DNA of 64,000 nucleotides from NCBI GenBank assembly GCA_014729025.1, contig WJKP01000014.1, positions 543 through 64,542 on the forward strand, given 5' to 3'. This stretch comes from Candidatus Buchananbacteria bacterium. GTDB taxonomy: Bacteria; Patescibacteriota; Patescibacteriia; CAIXNZ01. Made by a program: the position numbers and the translations under genes. The notes under the pieces are model-generated. The model saw nothing but the letters and a program-made list of their open reading frames with translations. It was not told the origin of the DNA and did no database searches. Shown here one piece after another: positions 1-10,650 of the stretch; the stretch's first letter is position 1, and the number at the start of each line of letters is the position of its first letter.

Positions 1-987
1 AACCCCATACCCGCCAGCTTCTCTGACAATAAATGAAACCTGAGCCTGATCATCAACAATTACCGAATTAAAATTTTCTATTTCATCTTCTTCTAAAACA
101 TATGCATTGTCTTTCAAAATATCAGGCTCCCAAACATAAGGTAAATTATAAAAAGTTAATTCCACAGGTACCTGAAAATAACTCATTAATTCCGGGGCTA
201 CCCAAAAATATAAATAATTAAAAGTCATGTAATCGGCGATATTAGCAATAAAATGAACGGCTTCCTCATTGGATAAATCAATCGGTTCTTTAAAAACAAC
301 CTTAACCTTGCCCAAAAGGTCAAGTGTGAAATCTTGCACATTACCGGCATCCTCAATTTCTGACAATTTAGTTGTTTTGGCGCCTTCCTGATAAAATAAT
401 TCATTAATCATAACCTGGCTAATCTCTTCTGCTTTAACCTGTCCTTCATTGATTACGCTTTCTGGAATTAAAACTTCATCAGATTCTTCTTCCAATTGAA
501 TAAAATAATCATTGGCATTAAACGCCAACTCTCTTTGCGGATATTTAGAACTAAAAACATTAATAAAATTTATACCAGTCTGGCCTTGCTGATCAGGATT
601 TATCACATTAGTTAAAGTAAAAACAATATAACTTCCGGCCTTAACATTGACCGGACTGTCAAAATAATAACGGATATCATCACAATTAGAAACGCAATTA
701 GGATTAGTCTTGCCGACTTTAGCTGTTCCTTTTGGCAAACCAGAGACATTTAGTTGCGCTTGGCTTAAATCAGGCTGCATACCGGCCAAAGAAACCAAAA
801 TATGACCGACTTGGCTGTCTTGCGGAATATTAAAAGCAATACTCCAGGTGGCCGGACTTTTAATATTTCTTGGCTGAACATCCAAACTAACATTATTCAA
901 ACTTGTTACTGCGGCAGCTTGGTTTAAGGGCGATAAAATAAAACCGAAAATAAATATAATTAAATAAATTTTAAATATTTTTTTCAT
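1..987 (-). CDS. Exported hypothetical protein, 3' end outside the window
   Basis: Hand translation from ATG at 987: MKKIFKIYLIIFIFGFILSPLNQAAAVTSLNN..., a signal peptide. The frame stays open to position 1. Absent from the ORF track because no stop lies in the window. Confidence 0.8.
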   Translation of the reverse strand, partial: MKKIFKIYLIIFIFGFILSPLNQAAAVTSLNNVSLDVQPRNIKSPATWSIAFNIPQDSQVGHILVSLAGMQPDLSQAQLNVSGLPKGTAKVGKTNPNCVSNCDDIRYYFDSPVNVKAGSYIVFTLTNVINPDQQGQTGINFINVFSSKYPQRELAFNANDYFIQLEEESDEVLIPESVINEGQVKAEEISQVMINELFYQEGAKTTKLSEIEDAGNVQDFTLDLLGKVKVVFKEPIDLSNEEAVHFIANIADYMTFNYLYFWVAPELMSYFQVPVELTFYNLPYVWEPDILKDNAYVLEEDEIENFNSVIVDDQAQVSFIVREAGGYGV

Positions 988-997
988 ATGTATTAAA

Positions 998-3403
998 TTA
1001 TTTTCTTATTTGCCCCCCTAATTTTTTTTCTAAATTTTTAATTACTTTATCATGAATGACCTGGACTTCTTGCATGGTTAAAGTTTTATTATCAGAACGA
1101 TATTCAATTCTAAAAGCAATTGATTTTTTACCTGTTGGAATGCCTTTACCCTCATAAACATCAAAAAAAGTCACCTGGCGGATAAGCTCATTATCGGTTT
1201 GTTTAACTATGTCCTGGACTTCTTCCCATAAAATATTCTTATCAATAATCATTGAAATGTCCAAATCAATACTTGGAAATTTAGGAATTTGTTTATACTT
1301 AATTTCATCCGAATAAAACTTGGCTAATTTTGTTAAATTAATTTCAAAAAAAGCCAATTTACTATCAAGATCCAATTTTTCGTATAAATTATCAGCCAAT
1401 TCTGAGATATAACCAAGCTCCTGATCATTAATCATAATTTTGATCGCGCTGGATTTTTTAGCAAAAATAGGCAATTGGTTATTTTTTATTAATTTATAAT
1501 CAAAATGCAGTCTGTTTAATAAAGCTGCCACTATATTTTTAGCAATATAAAATGGTTGATCATTATTTTTTTCTTGTAAAACACCGCCTAGCCATTTATC
1601 TTGCAAAGGTAAATATTTTTCTTGTTTATCAGATACTTTAAACGCTTTTATTTCTTTTAAATAAGTTGAACCAATTTCAAACAAGCTAATATCATCATAA
1701 AAACGATTATTCAAAACCATATTATCCAACAAATTAGGCACCAAATCACGTCTAAGCAATTCTGTTTCTTTGGATAAAGGATTGCTTACTTTAATATACT
1801 GGTTAATTTTTAAACCCAATTTACTAATTTGAGCCACGCTATTAAAAGAATAATTATAAACTTCTGTCATATCAAAACCATAAGCTAAAATATTTTTTAT
1901 TTTACGTTCCAATTCACTTTCCTTATTAACTTCGGGTCGTTCCATTGCTGCCTGTGGCATTTTAACTTCTAAATTATCATAACCGTAAATCCTGGCTATT
2001 TCTTCGACCAAATCTTCGGGAATTGCCACATCCTTAGTAGCCCGCCAAGTCGGTACCGTAACTTCAATACCATTTTTTTTCTTTTTTACTGTAAACCCCA
2101 AACTGCTTAAAATATCAATAACTTTTTTAGGCTCAATCTCTTGACCGATTTTTTTATTAATAAAATCAAAACTTAATTCAATTGGACCTTGAGCTAATTT
2201 GAATTTTTTAACATCTTCAATTCGCGAGACCAATTTAGCCTGAGGACAAACCTGTAAAATTAATTCCATTGCCTTTTTAATCCCCAATTCGCTTATATTT
2301 GGATCTAAAGATTTTTCAAATCTGATTGAAGCTTCCGTTCTTAAACCTAATTTGGCCGAAGTTTTACGAATCGAAACATGATTAAAATTAGCTGATTCAA
2401 TAATAATTTTTTGAGTCTTATTATCTATTTCTGTATTGGCACCACCCATGACACCGGCAATAGCCACTGGTTGTTTGGCATCAGCAATTACCATCATTTC
2501 TTGATCAAGTTTTCGGGTTTCATCATCCAAAGTCTTAATTTTTTCACCAGGCTCGGCTGTTCTGACTATAATTCTCTGGCCTGCCAATCTATCATAATCA
2601 AAAGCATGTAAAGGCTGACCGATTTCCAGCATTACATAATTGGTAATATCAACAATATTATTAATTGAGCGCATACCAACTGCTTCAACTCGCCTTTTTA
2701 GCCAATCAGGTGATTCTTCAATTTGAATACCTTCAAGCACTACTCCCATATAACGCGGACAAAGCTGAAAATCATTAATTTTAATCTCTAACTTTTCCCT
2801 GCCATCTTTAAAATTTTTAACTTTATAATCAGTCAATTTTTCACCCAAAATCGCTGCTACTTCCCTAGCCACGCCATAATGCGACCATAAATCAGGCCGA
2901 TGAGTTAAACTTTTATTATCAATTTCATAAATAATATCTGATAAATCCAAAGCTTTGGCCAAGGAAGTGCCGGGCACTAATTTTTTATCCAAAATCAAAA
3001 TGCCGGAATGATCAGAGCCTAAGCCCAATTCATCTTCAGCACAAAGCATACCTTCAGAAACTTCGCCTCTTACTTTAGCTTTGGTAATTTTTAAACCATT
3101 AGCCAAGGTAGTACCGACCAAGGCTACTGGAACTTTCTGCCCTTTGGCTATATTGGGAGCGCCGCAAACAATATTTAATTTTTTATCATCAATATCAACT
3201 ACTGTTAATTTTAATTTATCAGCATTGGGATGTTTTTTTATTTCCAAAATTTCTCCAACCACAACTCCCTGCAAACTTTCTTTTTGATCAATAAAACCCT
3301 CGACTTCAGCCATTGCCATGGTCAATTTCAAGCCTAACTCTTGAGCGCTTAAAGCGTCTGGTATTTTTACAAAATCTTTTAACCAATTGCGGGATATATA
3401 CAT
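998..3403 (-). CDS. pheT: Phenylalanine-tRNA ligase beta subunit
   Basis: 801 aa; OB-fold tRNA-binding domain (KHPNADKL...IVCGAPN), B3/4 domain (NNIVDITNYVMLEIGQPLHAFD), DLVEEIARIYGY, C-terminal anticodon-binding domain. Confidence 0.98.
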   Translation of the reverse strand: MYISRNWLKDFVKIPDALSAQELGLKLTMAMAEVEGFIDQKESLQGVVVGEILEIKKHPNADKLKLTVVDIDDKKLNIVCGAPNIAKGQKVPVALVGTTLANGLKITKAKVRGEVSEGMLCAEDELGLGSDHSGILILDKKLVPGTSLAKALDLSDIIYEIDNKSLTHRPDLWSHYGVAREVAAILGEKLTDYKVKNFKDGREKLEIKINDFQLCPRYMGVVLEGIQIEESPDWLKRRVEAVGMRSINNIVDITNYVMLEIGQPLHAFDYDRLAGQRIIVRTAEPGEKIKTLDDETRKLDQEMMVIADAKQPVAIAGVMGGANTEIDNKTQKIIIESANFNHVSIRKTSAKLGLRTEASIRFEKSLDPNISELGIKKAMELILQVCPQAKLVSRIEDVKKFKLAQGPIELSFDFINKKIGQEIEPKKVIDILSSLGFTVKKKKNGIEVTVPTWRATKDVAIPEDLVEEIARIYGYDNLEVKMPQAAMERPEVNKESELERKIKNILAYGFDMTEVYNYSFNSVAQISKLGLKINQYIKVSNPLSKETELLRRDLVPNLLDNMVLNNRFYDDISLFEIGSTYLKEIKAFKVSDKQEKYLPLQDKWLGGVLQEKNNDQPFYIAKNIVAALLNRLHFDYKLIKNNQLPIFAKKSSAIKIMINDQELGYISELADNLYEKLDLDSKLAFFEINLTKLAKFYSDEIKYKQIPKFPSIDLDISMIIDKNILWEEVQDIVKQTDNELIRQVTFFDVYEGKGIPTGKKSIAFRIEYRSDNKTLTMQEVQVIHDKVIKNLEKKLGGQIRK

Positions 3404-3433
3404 AATTGTTTATCTTAATCTCTGCATTATTAA

Positions 3434-4186
3434 TTAAATTTCACAAGGCACATCAACAAACTCCACATCTACTCCAAATTTATCTGCTAAAACTTTTCCT
3501 AGATTCTGTACACCCAATTTTTCAGTATTATAATGCCCTGCGTTTATAAAATTAATACCTATTTCTTCTACTGCGCGAACAACTGACTCGCGCACATCAC
3601 CTGTTAAAAAAGTATCACAACCGGCTTGAGCAAAAGCTTTAAAATCTGGAGAGGCACCACCGGAAATAACACCGATTTTTTTTACTTTATCAGGTCCGGC
3701 AGCAATAGAATATGAATCAGTCTGCAGCTTTTCATTAACCAATTTAACAAAATCAGTCAAATTCATTTCGGTTTTTAATTCTCCGATAAAACCAATATCA
3801 AGCGGTTCTGTTTTTTGAGTAATACCCAAAATTTTACAAAGACTAATATTATTACCGATTTCCGGATGAGCATCCAAAGGCAAATGAAAGCCCATTAAAT
3901 TCAATTCATTTTCCAATAATAATTTTAATCTATTTTTATACAAACCGGTTATTTGTAGGCTGCTTCCCCAAGTACCAGAAAAAAGCCCATGATGAACAAT
4001 CAGCATATCAGCTTTTTTAGCAATCGCCTGTTTGATTAATTTTTGTGATAAACTGACTCCAGTTATAATCTTGTTTATTTCTAACTTGCCTTCAACTTGC
4101 AAACCATTATGACATTTATCTTCAAACTCATTCACCCTCAAATATTCCTCACAAAATTTTACAATTTTATTTCTCTCAACAGTCAT
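3434..4186 (-). CDS. Nif3-like dinuclear metal centre protein (YbgI family)
   Basis: NGLQVEG, LIVHHG, HLPLDAHPEIGNN and AGHYNTE motifs. Confidence 0.93.
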   Translation of the reverse strand: MTVERNKIVKFCEEYLRVNEFEDKCHNGLQVEGKLEINKIITGVSLSQKLIKQAIAKKADMLIVHHGLFSGTWGSSLQITGLYKNRLKLLLENELNLMGFHLPLDAHPEIGNNISLCKILGITQKTEPLDIGFIGELKTEMNLTDFVKLVNEKLQTDSYSIAAGPDKVKKIGVISGGASPDFKAFAQAGCDTFLTGDVRESVVRAVEEIGINFINAGHYNTEKLGVQNLGKVLADKFGVDVEFVDVPCEI

Positions 4187-4187
4187 A

Positions 4188-5228
4188 TTAAAATTGATTT
4201 AAAAATCTCAAATCCCCTGATTGTAATAATCTAATATCATCAATGCTATATTTCATCATTACCAGCCTGGTAGTGCCCAAACCAAACGCGAAACCAGACC
4301 ATTTATCAGGATCAATCCCACCGTATTTTAAAACATTAGGATGCACCATACCAGAACCAACAAATTCAATCCAGCCTGTTTGTTTGCAAACCGAACAACC
4401 ATTACCCTGACAAATCAAGCAGCCAAAATCCAATTCAAAACCAGGCTCAACAAAAGGAAAATAACCCGGTCTTAAACGAACCTTAACTTCTTGTTTAAAA
4501 ATCGCTGATAACATTTCTTTCATAACTGCCACCAAATTGGCAATGGAAATATCTTTATCAATCATTAAACCTTCCAATTGATAAAAAGTATGATCATGAG
4601 AAGCATCAGTTGCTTCATTACGAAAAACCCGGCCTGGCACAACACAACGCAAAGGCGCTCCGTATTTTTGCATAGCCCTTACCTGAACCGGTGAAGTATG
4701 CGTACGTAAAACTAATTTTTCTTTACCTGAATTTGGTAATTCTTCTACATAAAAAGTATCCTGAGCATCACGCGCCGGATGCCAAGACGGAATATTCAGA
4801 GCTTCAAAATTATAATAATCAGATTCCAATTCTGGTCCGTCCAAAATCATAAAACCCATTGACTTGAAAATATCTTCCAGTTCAGTCTGAATTTGAGTCA
4901 TGGGATGTAAATGGCCTAATTTATATTTATCAATATTCAAAGTTACATCAATAAAATCTTTGTCCAAATTTTTACTTTGATCTTTTTCCAATTCAGCCCA
5001 TTTTTGATCCAAAGCCGAACCGATTTCTTCTTTAACTTGATTGACTAAAGTACCAAATTTGGGCTTCAAATCATCTGAAACTTCTTTAACATCTTTAATT
5101 AATTTTGCTAATTCCCCGCTTTTTCGGGAAAAATATTTATTACGAATCTCTTGCCATTCCTCTGAGCTTTTTATTTCTTCAATTTCCTCAAAAGCTTGCT
5201 CTTTTATTTTTTTTATATTTAACTCCAT
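4188..5228 (-). CDS. pheS: Phenylalanine-tRNA ligase alpha subunit
   Basis: HPAR..QDTFY, LRTHTSPVQ, FPFVEP, GFAFGLG motifs. Confidence 0.98.
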   Translation of the reverse strand: MELNIKKIKEQAFEEIEEIKSSEEWQEIRNKYFSRKSGELAKLIKDVKEVSDDLKPKFGTLVNQVKEEIGSALDQKWAELEKDQSKNLDKDFIDVTLNIDKYKLGHLHPMTQIQTELEDIFKSMGFMILDGPELESDYYNFEALNIPSWHPARDAQDTFYVEELPNSGKEKLVLRTHTSPVQVRAMQKYGAPLRCVVPGRVFRNEATDASHDHTFYQLEGLMIDKDISIANLVAVMKEMLSAIFKQEVKVRLRPGYFPFVEPGFELDFGCLICQGNGCSVCKQTGWIEFVGSGMVHPNVLKYGGIDPDKWSGFAFGLGTTRLVMMKYSIDDIRLLQSGDLRFLNQF

Positions 5229-5242
5229 ATATCCTTAATTGC

Positions 5243-5271
5243 GTCCGCCGAAGCTTTATGCAAAGGCGGAC
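5243..5271. repeat. REP-like palindrome, copy 1
   Basis: GTCCGCC-GAAGCTTTATGCAAA-GGCGGAC; related copy at 55358-55384. Confidence 0.6.
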
Positions 5272-5333
5272 TCTTTTATTTTTTTAATATCTACTTCCAT
5301 ACGAATTTATGAATATTTACAAATATGCTAATA

Positions 5334-6443
5334 CTATTGAAAAAAACCGCCAAAAATTCCAGCAAAATCAACGTAACGCAAAACGTCCTGAAAAGTTACC
5401 ACAATTACCAATAACATTAAAAGTGAAAAACCAATCATGTGGATCAAACCTTCAACTTTTTGACTGACTGGTTTATTACGAATTTTTTCAATTGCCAAAA
5501 ATACCAAACGACCACCGTCCAAAGCCGGAAAAGGTATAAAATTGATTATAGCTAAATTTAGAGATAATAAGGCAGTAAATTGCAATATATAAATAAAACC
5601 TAATTGGGCCACCTGACCTGTTAAAACTGCTATACCAACCGGACCAGAAACCTGGACGCCGACTGGCTGGCCAATCACTAAATTTTTAATTATACCGCCA
5701 AAAGCAAAAACGATTTCTTTGGTTAAAACTCCGGTTAATTTAAAACCATGCCAAACTGCTTGATGAATAGGATAAGACACTATGCCAGTCTCAACTAAAC
5801 CAATGCCAACGCCACCTCGGCCATTACCAATATCAACTACTTCTATTTCTTTAGTTAAAACCTGATCATCTCTGGCAATTTTATAAGTAACTGTTTGCCC
5901 GATTTTATCAGAATTATATTCAATTAAATTACTAACACCCTTGATTTCCTGTCCGTCAACTGCCAAAAGCTGATCTCCCAAGTCAACCCCGGCTTCTTGA
6001 GCTGGTTTATCATCTAAGACAGAAACAACTTGCACCCGATAATCTTTAACTAATCCTTGTTCCAACGCTTCTTGATCTACAGCCTGTGGCAAACCAATCA
6101 AAAAACCAATTGACAATAAAACAGCACATAATAAAAAATTCATAAAAACACCGGCTGATAAAACAATCGCCCTTTTCCACGGCTTTTTATAGGCAAAACT
6201 ATCTGGATCTTCTCTATTACCGCCTTCTTCACCTTTAATTTTGACAAAACCGCCCAAAGGTATCCAATTAACTGAATAAACAACTCCATCCTTGCCTTTT
6301 TTAGACCAGGCTCGAGGCGGAAAACCAAAGCCAAATTCCTCAACTTTCATGCCCATTTTTTTAGCAGTAATAAAATGGCCAAATTCATGAACAAAAACTA
6401 ATAAGCCCAGTATAATTATAAAAATCAATACAGTTGTAAGCAT
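5334..6443 (-). CDS. rseP: RIP metalloprotease RseP (site-2 protease with PDZ domain)
   Basis: HEFGH zinc motif, IPLGGFVK, PDZ region, NFIPFPALDGG. Confidence 0.95.
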   Translation of the reverse strand: MLTTVLIFIIILGLLVFVHEFGHFITAKKMGMKVEEFGFGFPPRAWSKKGKDGVVYSVNWIPLGGFVKIKGEEGGNREDPDSFAYKKPWKRAIVLSAGVFMNFLLCAVLLSIGFLIGLPQAVDQEALEQGLVKDYRVQVVSVLDDKPAQEAGVDLGDQLLAVDGQEIKGVSNLIEYNSDKIGQTVTYKIARDDQVLTKEIEVVDIGNGRGGVGIGLVETGIVSYPIHQAVWHGFKLTGVLTKEIVFAFGGIIKNLVIGQPVGVQVSGPVGIAVLTGQVAQLGFIYILQFTALLSLNLAIINFIPFPALDGGRLVFLAIEKIRNKPVSQKVEGLIHMIGFSLLMLLVIVVTFQDVLRYVDFAGIFGGFFQ

Positions 6444-6568
6444 GTATTTTTTAAATTAGATTATTAAAAATTATAAATTAAATATTATACTTAATTCCCA
6501 ATTTTCAATACCTAATTAATAAATTAATTTTAACTTAAATAAACACAAAAATCAAATCTTTAATTTTC

Positions 6569-7375
6569 TTATCTTAATTCTACTTTTTCAAACTTAATAT
6601 CTTTACCAAACCAAGTTTGGCCTAATTTTTGATAATGTTCTGACCAATCAGTTACAAAAAATTTATAATTTATTTTTTTATCTAATTTTTCTTCAATTTC
6701 CGGATGTCTAACCAAATAATCGGCCAATGATTCTGCCACGATTTGACCTGAATGTAAAACTTTAATTCTTTTCCCAACAATCGATTGAATCGGCTTATAT
6801 AAAATCGGATAATGAGTACAGCCTAAAATCAAAGTATCAATCTTAGAGAGTTTTAAAGGCCTTAAATATTTACGTAAAATTTTTCTGTTTATAGCAGATT
6901 TTTGCCAGCCTTCTTCAACTAATGGTACAAGCAAAGGGGTTGCCTGCTGGATAACTTCAATTTCTGATTTTAATTTGGCAATTTCTTTAATATAAGCCTG
7001 GGAATTAATTGTTGCTTTAGTACCGATTACGCCAATTTTACCACCAGAAACTTCTACGGCTTTTTCAACAACCGGACGGATCACTCCCAATACTCTGCGA
7101 TCCGGATAATTTTTAGGTAGCCATTGTTGCTGAATTTTTCGCAAAGCTTCAGCTGAAGCAGTATTACAAGCAATAATAATTAATTGACAATCTTTTTTAA
7201 ATAAAAAATCAACCGCCTGTCTGGTAAAATCATAAATCACTTCCTGTGAACGATTGCCATAAGGTGTTCTGGCATTATCACCCAAATAAACATAATCATA
7301 TTGAGGCAGTTGCTTGATAATTTCTTGTAAAATTATTAAACCACCTAAACCTGAATCAAAAATACCTATTTTCAT
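6569..7375 (-). CDS. murI: Glutamate racemase
   Basis: FDSGLGG, IACNTAS, LGCTHYP motifs. Confidence 0.97.
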   Translation of the reverse strand: MKIGIFDSGLGGLIILQEIIKQLPQYDYVYLGDNARTPYGNRSQEVIYDFTRQAVDFLFKKDCQLIIIACNTASAEALRKIQQQWLPKNYPDRRVLGVIRPVVEKAVEVSGGKIGVIGTKATINSQAYIKEIAKLKSEIEVIQQATPLLVPLVEEGWQKSAINRKILRKYLRPLKLSKIDTLILGCTHYPILYKPIQSIVGKRIKVLHSGQIVAESLADYLVRHPEIEEKLDKKINYKFFVTDWSEHYQKLGQTWFGKDIKFEKVELR

Positions 7376-7381
7376 TTTTAT

Positions 7382-8725
7382 TTATTTAATTAATTGCAAA
7401 ATTTCTTTAGTTTTTTGATCAACCAATTTTTGTGTTTTGGCTTCAAGATTTAAACGGATAACCGGTTCAGTATTTGATTTGCGTAAATTAAAACGCCAAT
7501 CATCATATTCAACGGAAACACCGTCAATATGATCGACTTTCCCGTCTTGATATTCTTTTTCAATTTTTTGCAAAACAGCATCTTTATCTTTGACTTGTTT
7601 ATTGATTTCACCTGAATTAGGATAATTTTTACGATAATAATCAGCTATCTGGGAAATTTTTTTATCTGACAAACATAATATTTCTAAAATCAATAAAAAA
7701 GGGATCATACCATTGTCAGCATAAAAATTATCTTTAAAATAATAATGACCGGATGTTTCTCCTCCAAATAAAATATCTTCTTTTCTCATCGTATCTTTAA
7801 TAAAAGCATGGCCCGGTTTATTAATAATCAATTGCCCGCCTAATTCATTGACCACATCTTCAATTGCCCAAACCAATCTGACATCACATAAAACTTTTTG
7901 CTTGGGCTGTTTGCCTAAATAATGCTTAGCCAAAATAGCTGTAATATAATAAGCGTCAATATGCTCTCCTTTTTCATCAAAGAAAAAACAACGATCAGCA
8001 TCAGCATCCCAAGCCACTCCAAAATCAACTTGTTCTTTTTTTACCAAACTTCCCACTTCTTTTCTTCGTTCAAAAATTTTGGGATCAGGTCTGCCTTTAG
8101 GAAACCCCCCGTCAGGCTGAAAATTCAATTCAACTATTTCGATTGGCAGACCTTCTAAGATTTTTTTCAAAACAATTCCAGCCATACCAAAATTCGCATC
8201 AGCCACAATTTTCATTGGTTTGATTTGTGTAATATCAATAAAAGCAAGACAATGATTAATATAATCGTTTAAAATATCTTTTTTTATAATTTGACCTTTA
8301 GTCGGCTCTATTATTTCTTCTTCCTTTAAGGCTTGTTTTTTTATATCCATAATACCAGTATCAGCTGAAACGGCTATGGCTTTTTCTCTGACAAATTTCA
8401 TACCATTATATTCAGCTGGATTATGAGAAGCTGAAATTGTAATGCCACCGCCATAACCATAATTAGCTACTGTAAAATACAACATATCAGTTGAAACCGT
8501 GCCAATATCAATAACATCGTACCCGGCATTGGTAATCCCCTTGGCAGCCGCCTGCCATAAACCGGGGGAAGAAAGACGAACATCTTTACCCAAAACAATC
8601 GCCCCGTCAGGCTGAAAAATTTTCAAATAAGCCTGAGCAATTTTATAAGCCGCTTTTTCATTTATTTGTTCTGGATAAAGACCTCTGACATCATAAGCCT
8701 TAAAAATTTCCTGATTAATTGTCAT
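7382..8725 (-). CDS. Phosphomannomutase/phosphoglucomutase
   Basis: FKAYDVRG, SASHNP phosphoserine loop, DADADR metal loop, GETSGHYYF. Confidence 0.95.
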   Translation of the reverse strand: MTINQEIFKAYDVRGLYPEQINEKAAYKIAQAYLKIFQPDGAIVLGKDVRLSSPGLWQAAAKGITNAGYDVIDIGTVSTDMLYFTVANYGYGGGITISASHNPAEYNGMKFVREKAIAVSADTGIMDIKKQALKEEEIIEPTKGQIIKKDILNDYINHCLAFIDITQIKPMKIVADANFGMAGIVLKKILEGLPIEIVELNFQPDGGFPKGRPDPKIFERRKEVGSLVKKEQVDFGVAWDADADRCFFFDEKGEHIDAYYITAILAKHYLGKQPKQKVLCDVRLVWAIEDVVNELGGQLIINKPGHAFIKDTMRKEDILFGGETSGHYYFKDNFYADNGMIPFLLILEILCLSDKKISQIADYYRKNYPNSGEINKQVKDKDAVLQKIEKEYQDGKVDHIDGVSVEYDDWRFNLRKSNTEPVIRLNLEAKTQKLVDQKTKEILQLIK

Positions 8726-8729
8726 AAAT

Positions 8730-9908
8730 TTATTTTTTGTCTAATTTAAATTGTTTTTTAGCTAAAGTAAGCAAAATACCAACACCCCACAAACAAATGA
8801 TCAGCTTAATCAACATGCCTAAAAACGGAATTGCAAATAAAATATACAAGATAACCAAACCTAAAATCATTGACCAGGCTAATTGAATTTCCTTAACTTG
8901 TTTATTAAATAATTTAATAACCTTATTACCCAAATAAACAGCAATAAAAATTTTACTTATGTATAAAATAATCAGATAAATGGCGGTTGCAATCAAAGCC
9001 AGAGGGATGCCAATTATTGTCATGGCTAAAATAAATATAGCAAAAGGAGTTACGATCAAAAATACTAAGCCTTTCAAAATATGCATTAAAACATTTTTTT
9101 CAGATGATTTAACCGCTTTTAAAGTAAAATCTTTAAATAAAGCAATAATTAATAAACCAACTAACAAAGTGCCCAAAAGCATAACAAACCAAACCAGCCA
9201 ATAAATGCTCTTCAAAATATTTTTAGAAAAAAATTTGGTTTGGTCTTTTACCATTAATTGGCTAAATTTTTCCTGTTGCTGAACCTGAGCACCAGGCTGC
9301 AGTTCTGCAGTCTCCCTAGCGGTATATTCCAAATTACCATAAATATTAGCCTGAGGTAATAAAAGCAAAGTGCCTTCAGGATCAATGCCCAAATAAACAT
9401 TGCCTGAAATTTCATTATTTAAAATAATATTACCACCGCCACCATATAAATTTTTATTTACTTTACCGTTTAACCTGACATTACCAGCTCCAAAAACAAT
9501 ATTTTTACCAATCTCAGCACTTTCTTCAATAGTCAAATCTGCAGCAAAAACCGTTAAATTATTATCAATTTTACCTTTAATTACAACCGTGGCCCCAGCC
9601 ACCCGAACATCACCTTTGACCTCTGCATCTATAACAACATAAGCGCCAGTTGCCATAATATCACCCTCTACTACACCTGAAACCAAAACATTTGTGCCGG
9701 CCAAATAAACATCGTCCTTCATTTGTCCGCTCAGATTAATATTTTGATCCGCTTGAAAAATAATATTTTCATAAACTGGTTCATCTATTTCTATTGAATC
9801 TAAATCATTTTCTTCAGCAGCTACCAAACTATTAAAAGGTAAAAACAAAAAAAACATTAATAAAAATGAGTAATTAATTTTTTTTACTAAATTTAAAGAA
9901 ATTTTCAT
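8730..9908 (-). CDS. Membrane protein with exported bactofilin-like beta-helix and multi-pass C-terminal domain
   Basis: Signal peptide, G-x-V-x-G-D-type hexapeptide repeats, then about 5-6 hydrophobic helices. Confidence 0.75.
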   Translation of the reverse strand: MKISLNLVKKINYSFLLMFFLFLPFNSLVAAEENDLDSIEIDEPVYENIIFQADQNINLSGQMKDDVYLAGTNVLVSGVVEGDIMATGAYVVIDAEVKGDVRVAGATVVIKGKIDNNLTVFAADLTIEESAEIGKNIVFGAGNVRLNGKVNKNLYGGGGNIILNNEISGNVYLGIDPEGTLLLLPQANIYGNLEYTARETAELQPGAQVQQQEKFSQLMVKDQTKFFSKNILKSIYWLVWFVMLLGTLLVGLLIIALFKDFTLKAVKSSEKNVLMHILKGLVFLIVTPFAIFILAMTIIGIPLALIATAIYLIILYISKIFIAVYLGNKVIKLFNKQVKEIQLAWSMILGLVILYILFAIPFLGMLIKLIICLWGVGILLTLAKKQFKLDKK

Positions 9909-9977
9909 ATTTTTATTTCCTTTTCTTCCCTCCTAGGCTTAATTTTAATTATTATTAAATACTGTTGATATTTTATT

Positions 9978-10007
9978 TTGACATTACGAGTTATTTTATA
10001 TTATAAT
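9978..10007 (+). promoter_or_regulatory. Sigma70-type promoter of the lemA operon
   Basis: TTGACA (9978-9983), 18 nt spacer, TATAAT (10002-10007). Confidence 0.6.
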
Positions 10008-10065
10008 TAAAGCAGTATTACTTATTTTTATTATATAAAATCTAATTAATTTAAGCAAAAAAATT

Positions 10066-10620
10066 ATGACAATTTGGGGCATTATAATTATTTTAATTGT
10101 TATTATTGCTGCTTGGCTGATTGCTGTTTATAATTCTTTGATCAAAAGCCGAAATAGAGTTGAAGAAGCCTGGTCTGATATTGATGTTCAATTAAAAAGA
10201 CGCTATGATTTGATTCCTAATTTAATCGAAACAGTCAAAGGCTATGCTTCTCATGAAAAAGAAACTTTTCAAAAAGTAACGGAAGCCAGAAGTCAAGCCA
10301 TGGGAGCAGAAACAATTGAAGAAAAAACACAAGCTGAAAACATGCTTAGTGAAACATTAAAATCACTTTTTGCCGTGGCTGAAAATTATCCTGATTTAAA
10401 AGCCAGCCAAAACTTTTTAAAACTACAGGACGAATTAACTGATACTGAAAATAAAATTCAGGCCGCTCGCCGATTTTATAACGGCAATGTCAGAGATTTT
10501 AATACCAAAATTCAGATTTTCCCAAATAATCTAATTGCCGGTATGCTTGGTTTTAAAAAATATGACTTTTTTGAAGTTGAGACAGAACAAGAAAAAGAAG
10601 TGCCAAAAGTTAAATTTTAA
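10066..10620 (+). CDS. lemA: LemA family protein
   Basis: N-terminal TM helix, [36 protein letters not shown]. Confidence 0.96.
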   Translation: MTIWGIIIILIVIIAAWLIAVYNSLIKSRNRVEEAWSDIDVQLKRRYDLIPNLIETVKGYASHEKETFQKVTEARSQAMGAETIEEKTQAENMLSETLKSLFAVAENYPDLKASQNFLKLQDELTDTENKIQAARRFYNGNVRDFNTKIQIFPNNLIAGMLGFKKYDFFEVETEQEKEVPKVKF

Positions 10621-10650
10621 GCTATTTGCTTAATTAAATAATTTTCCGAA

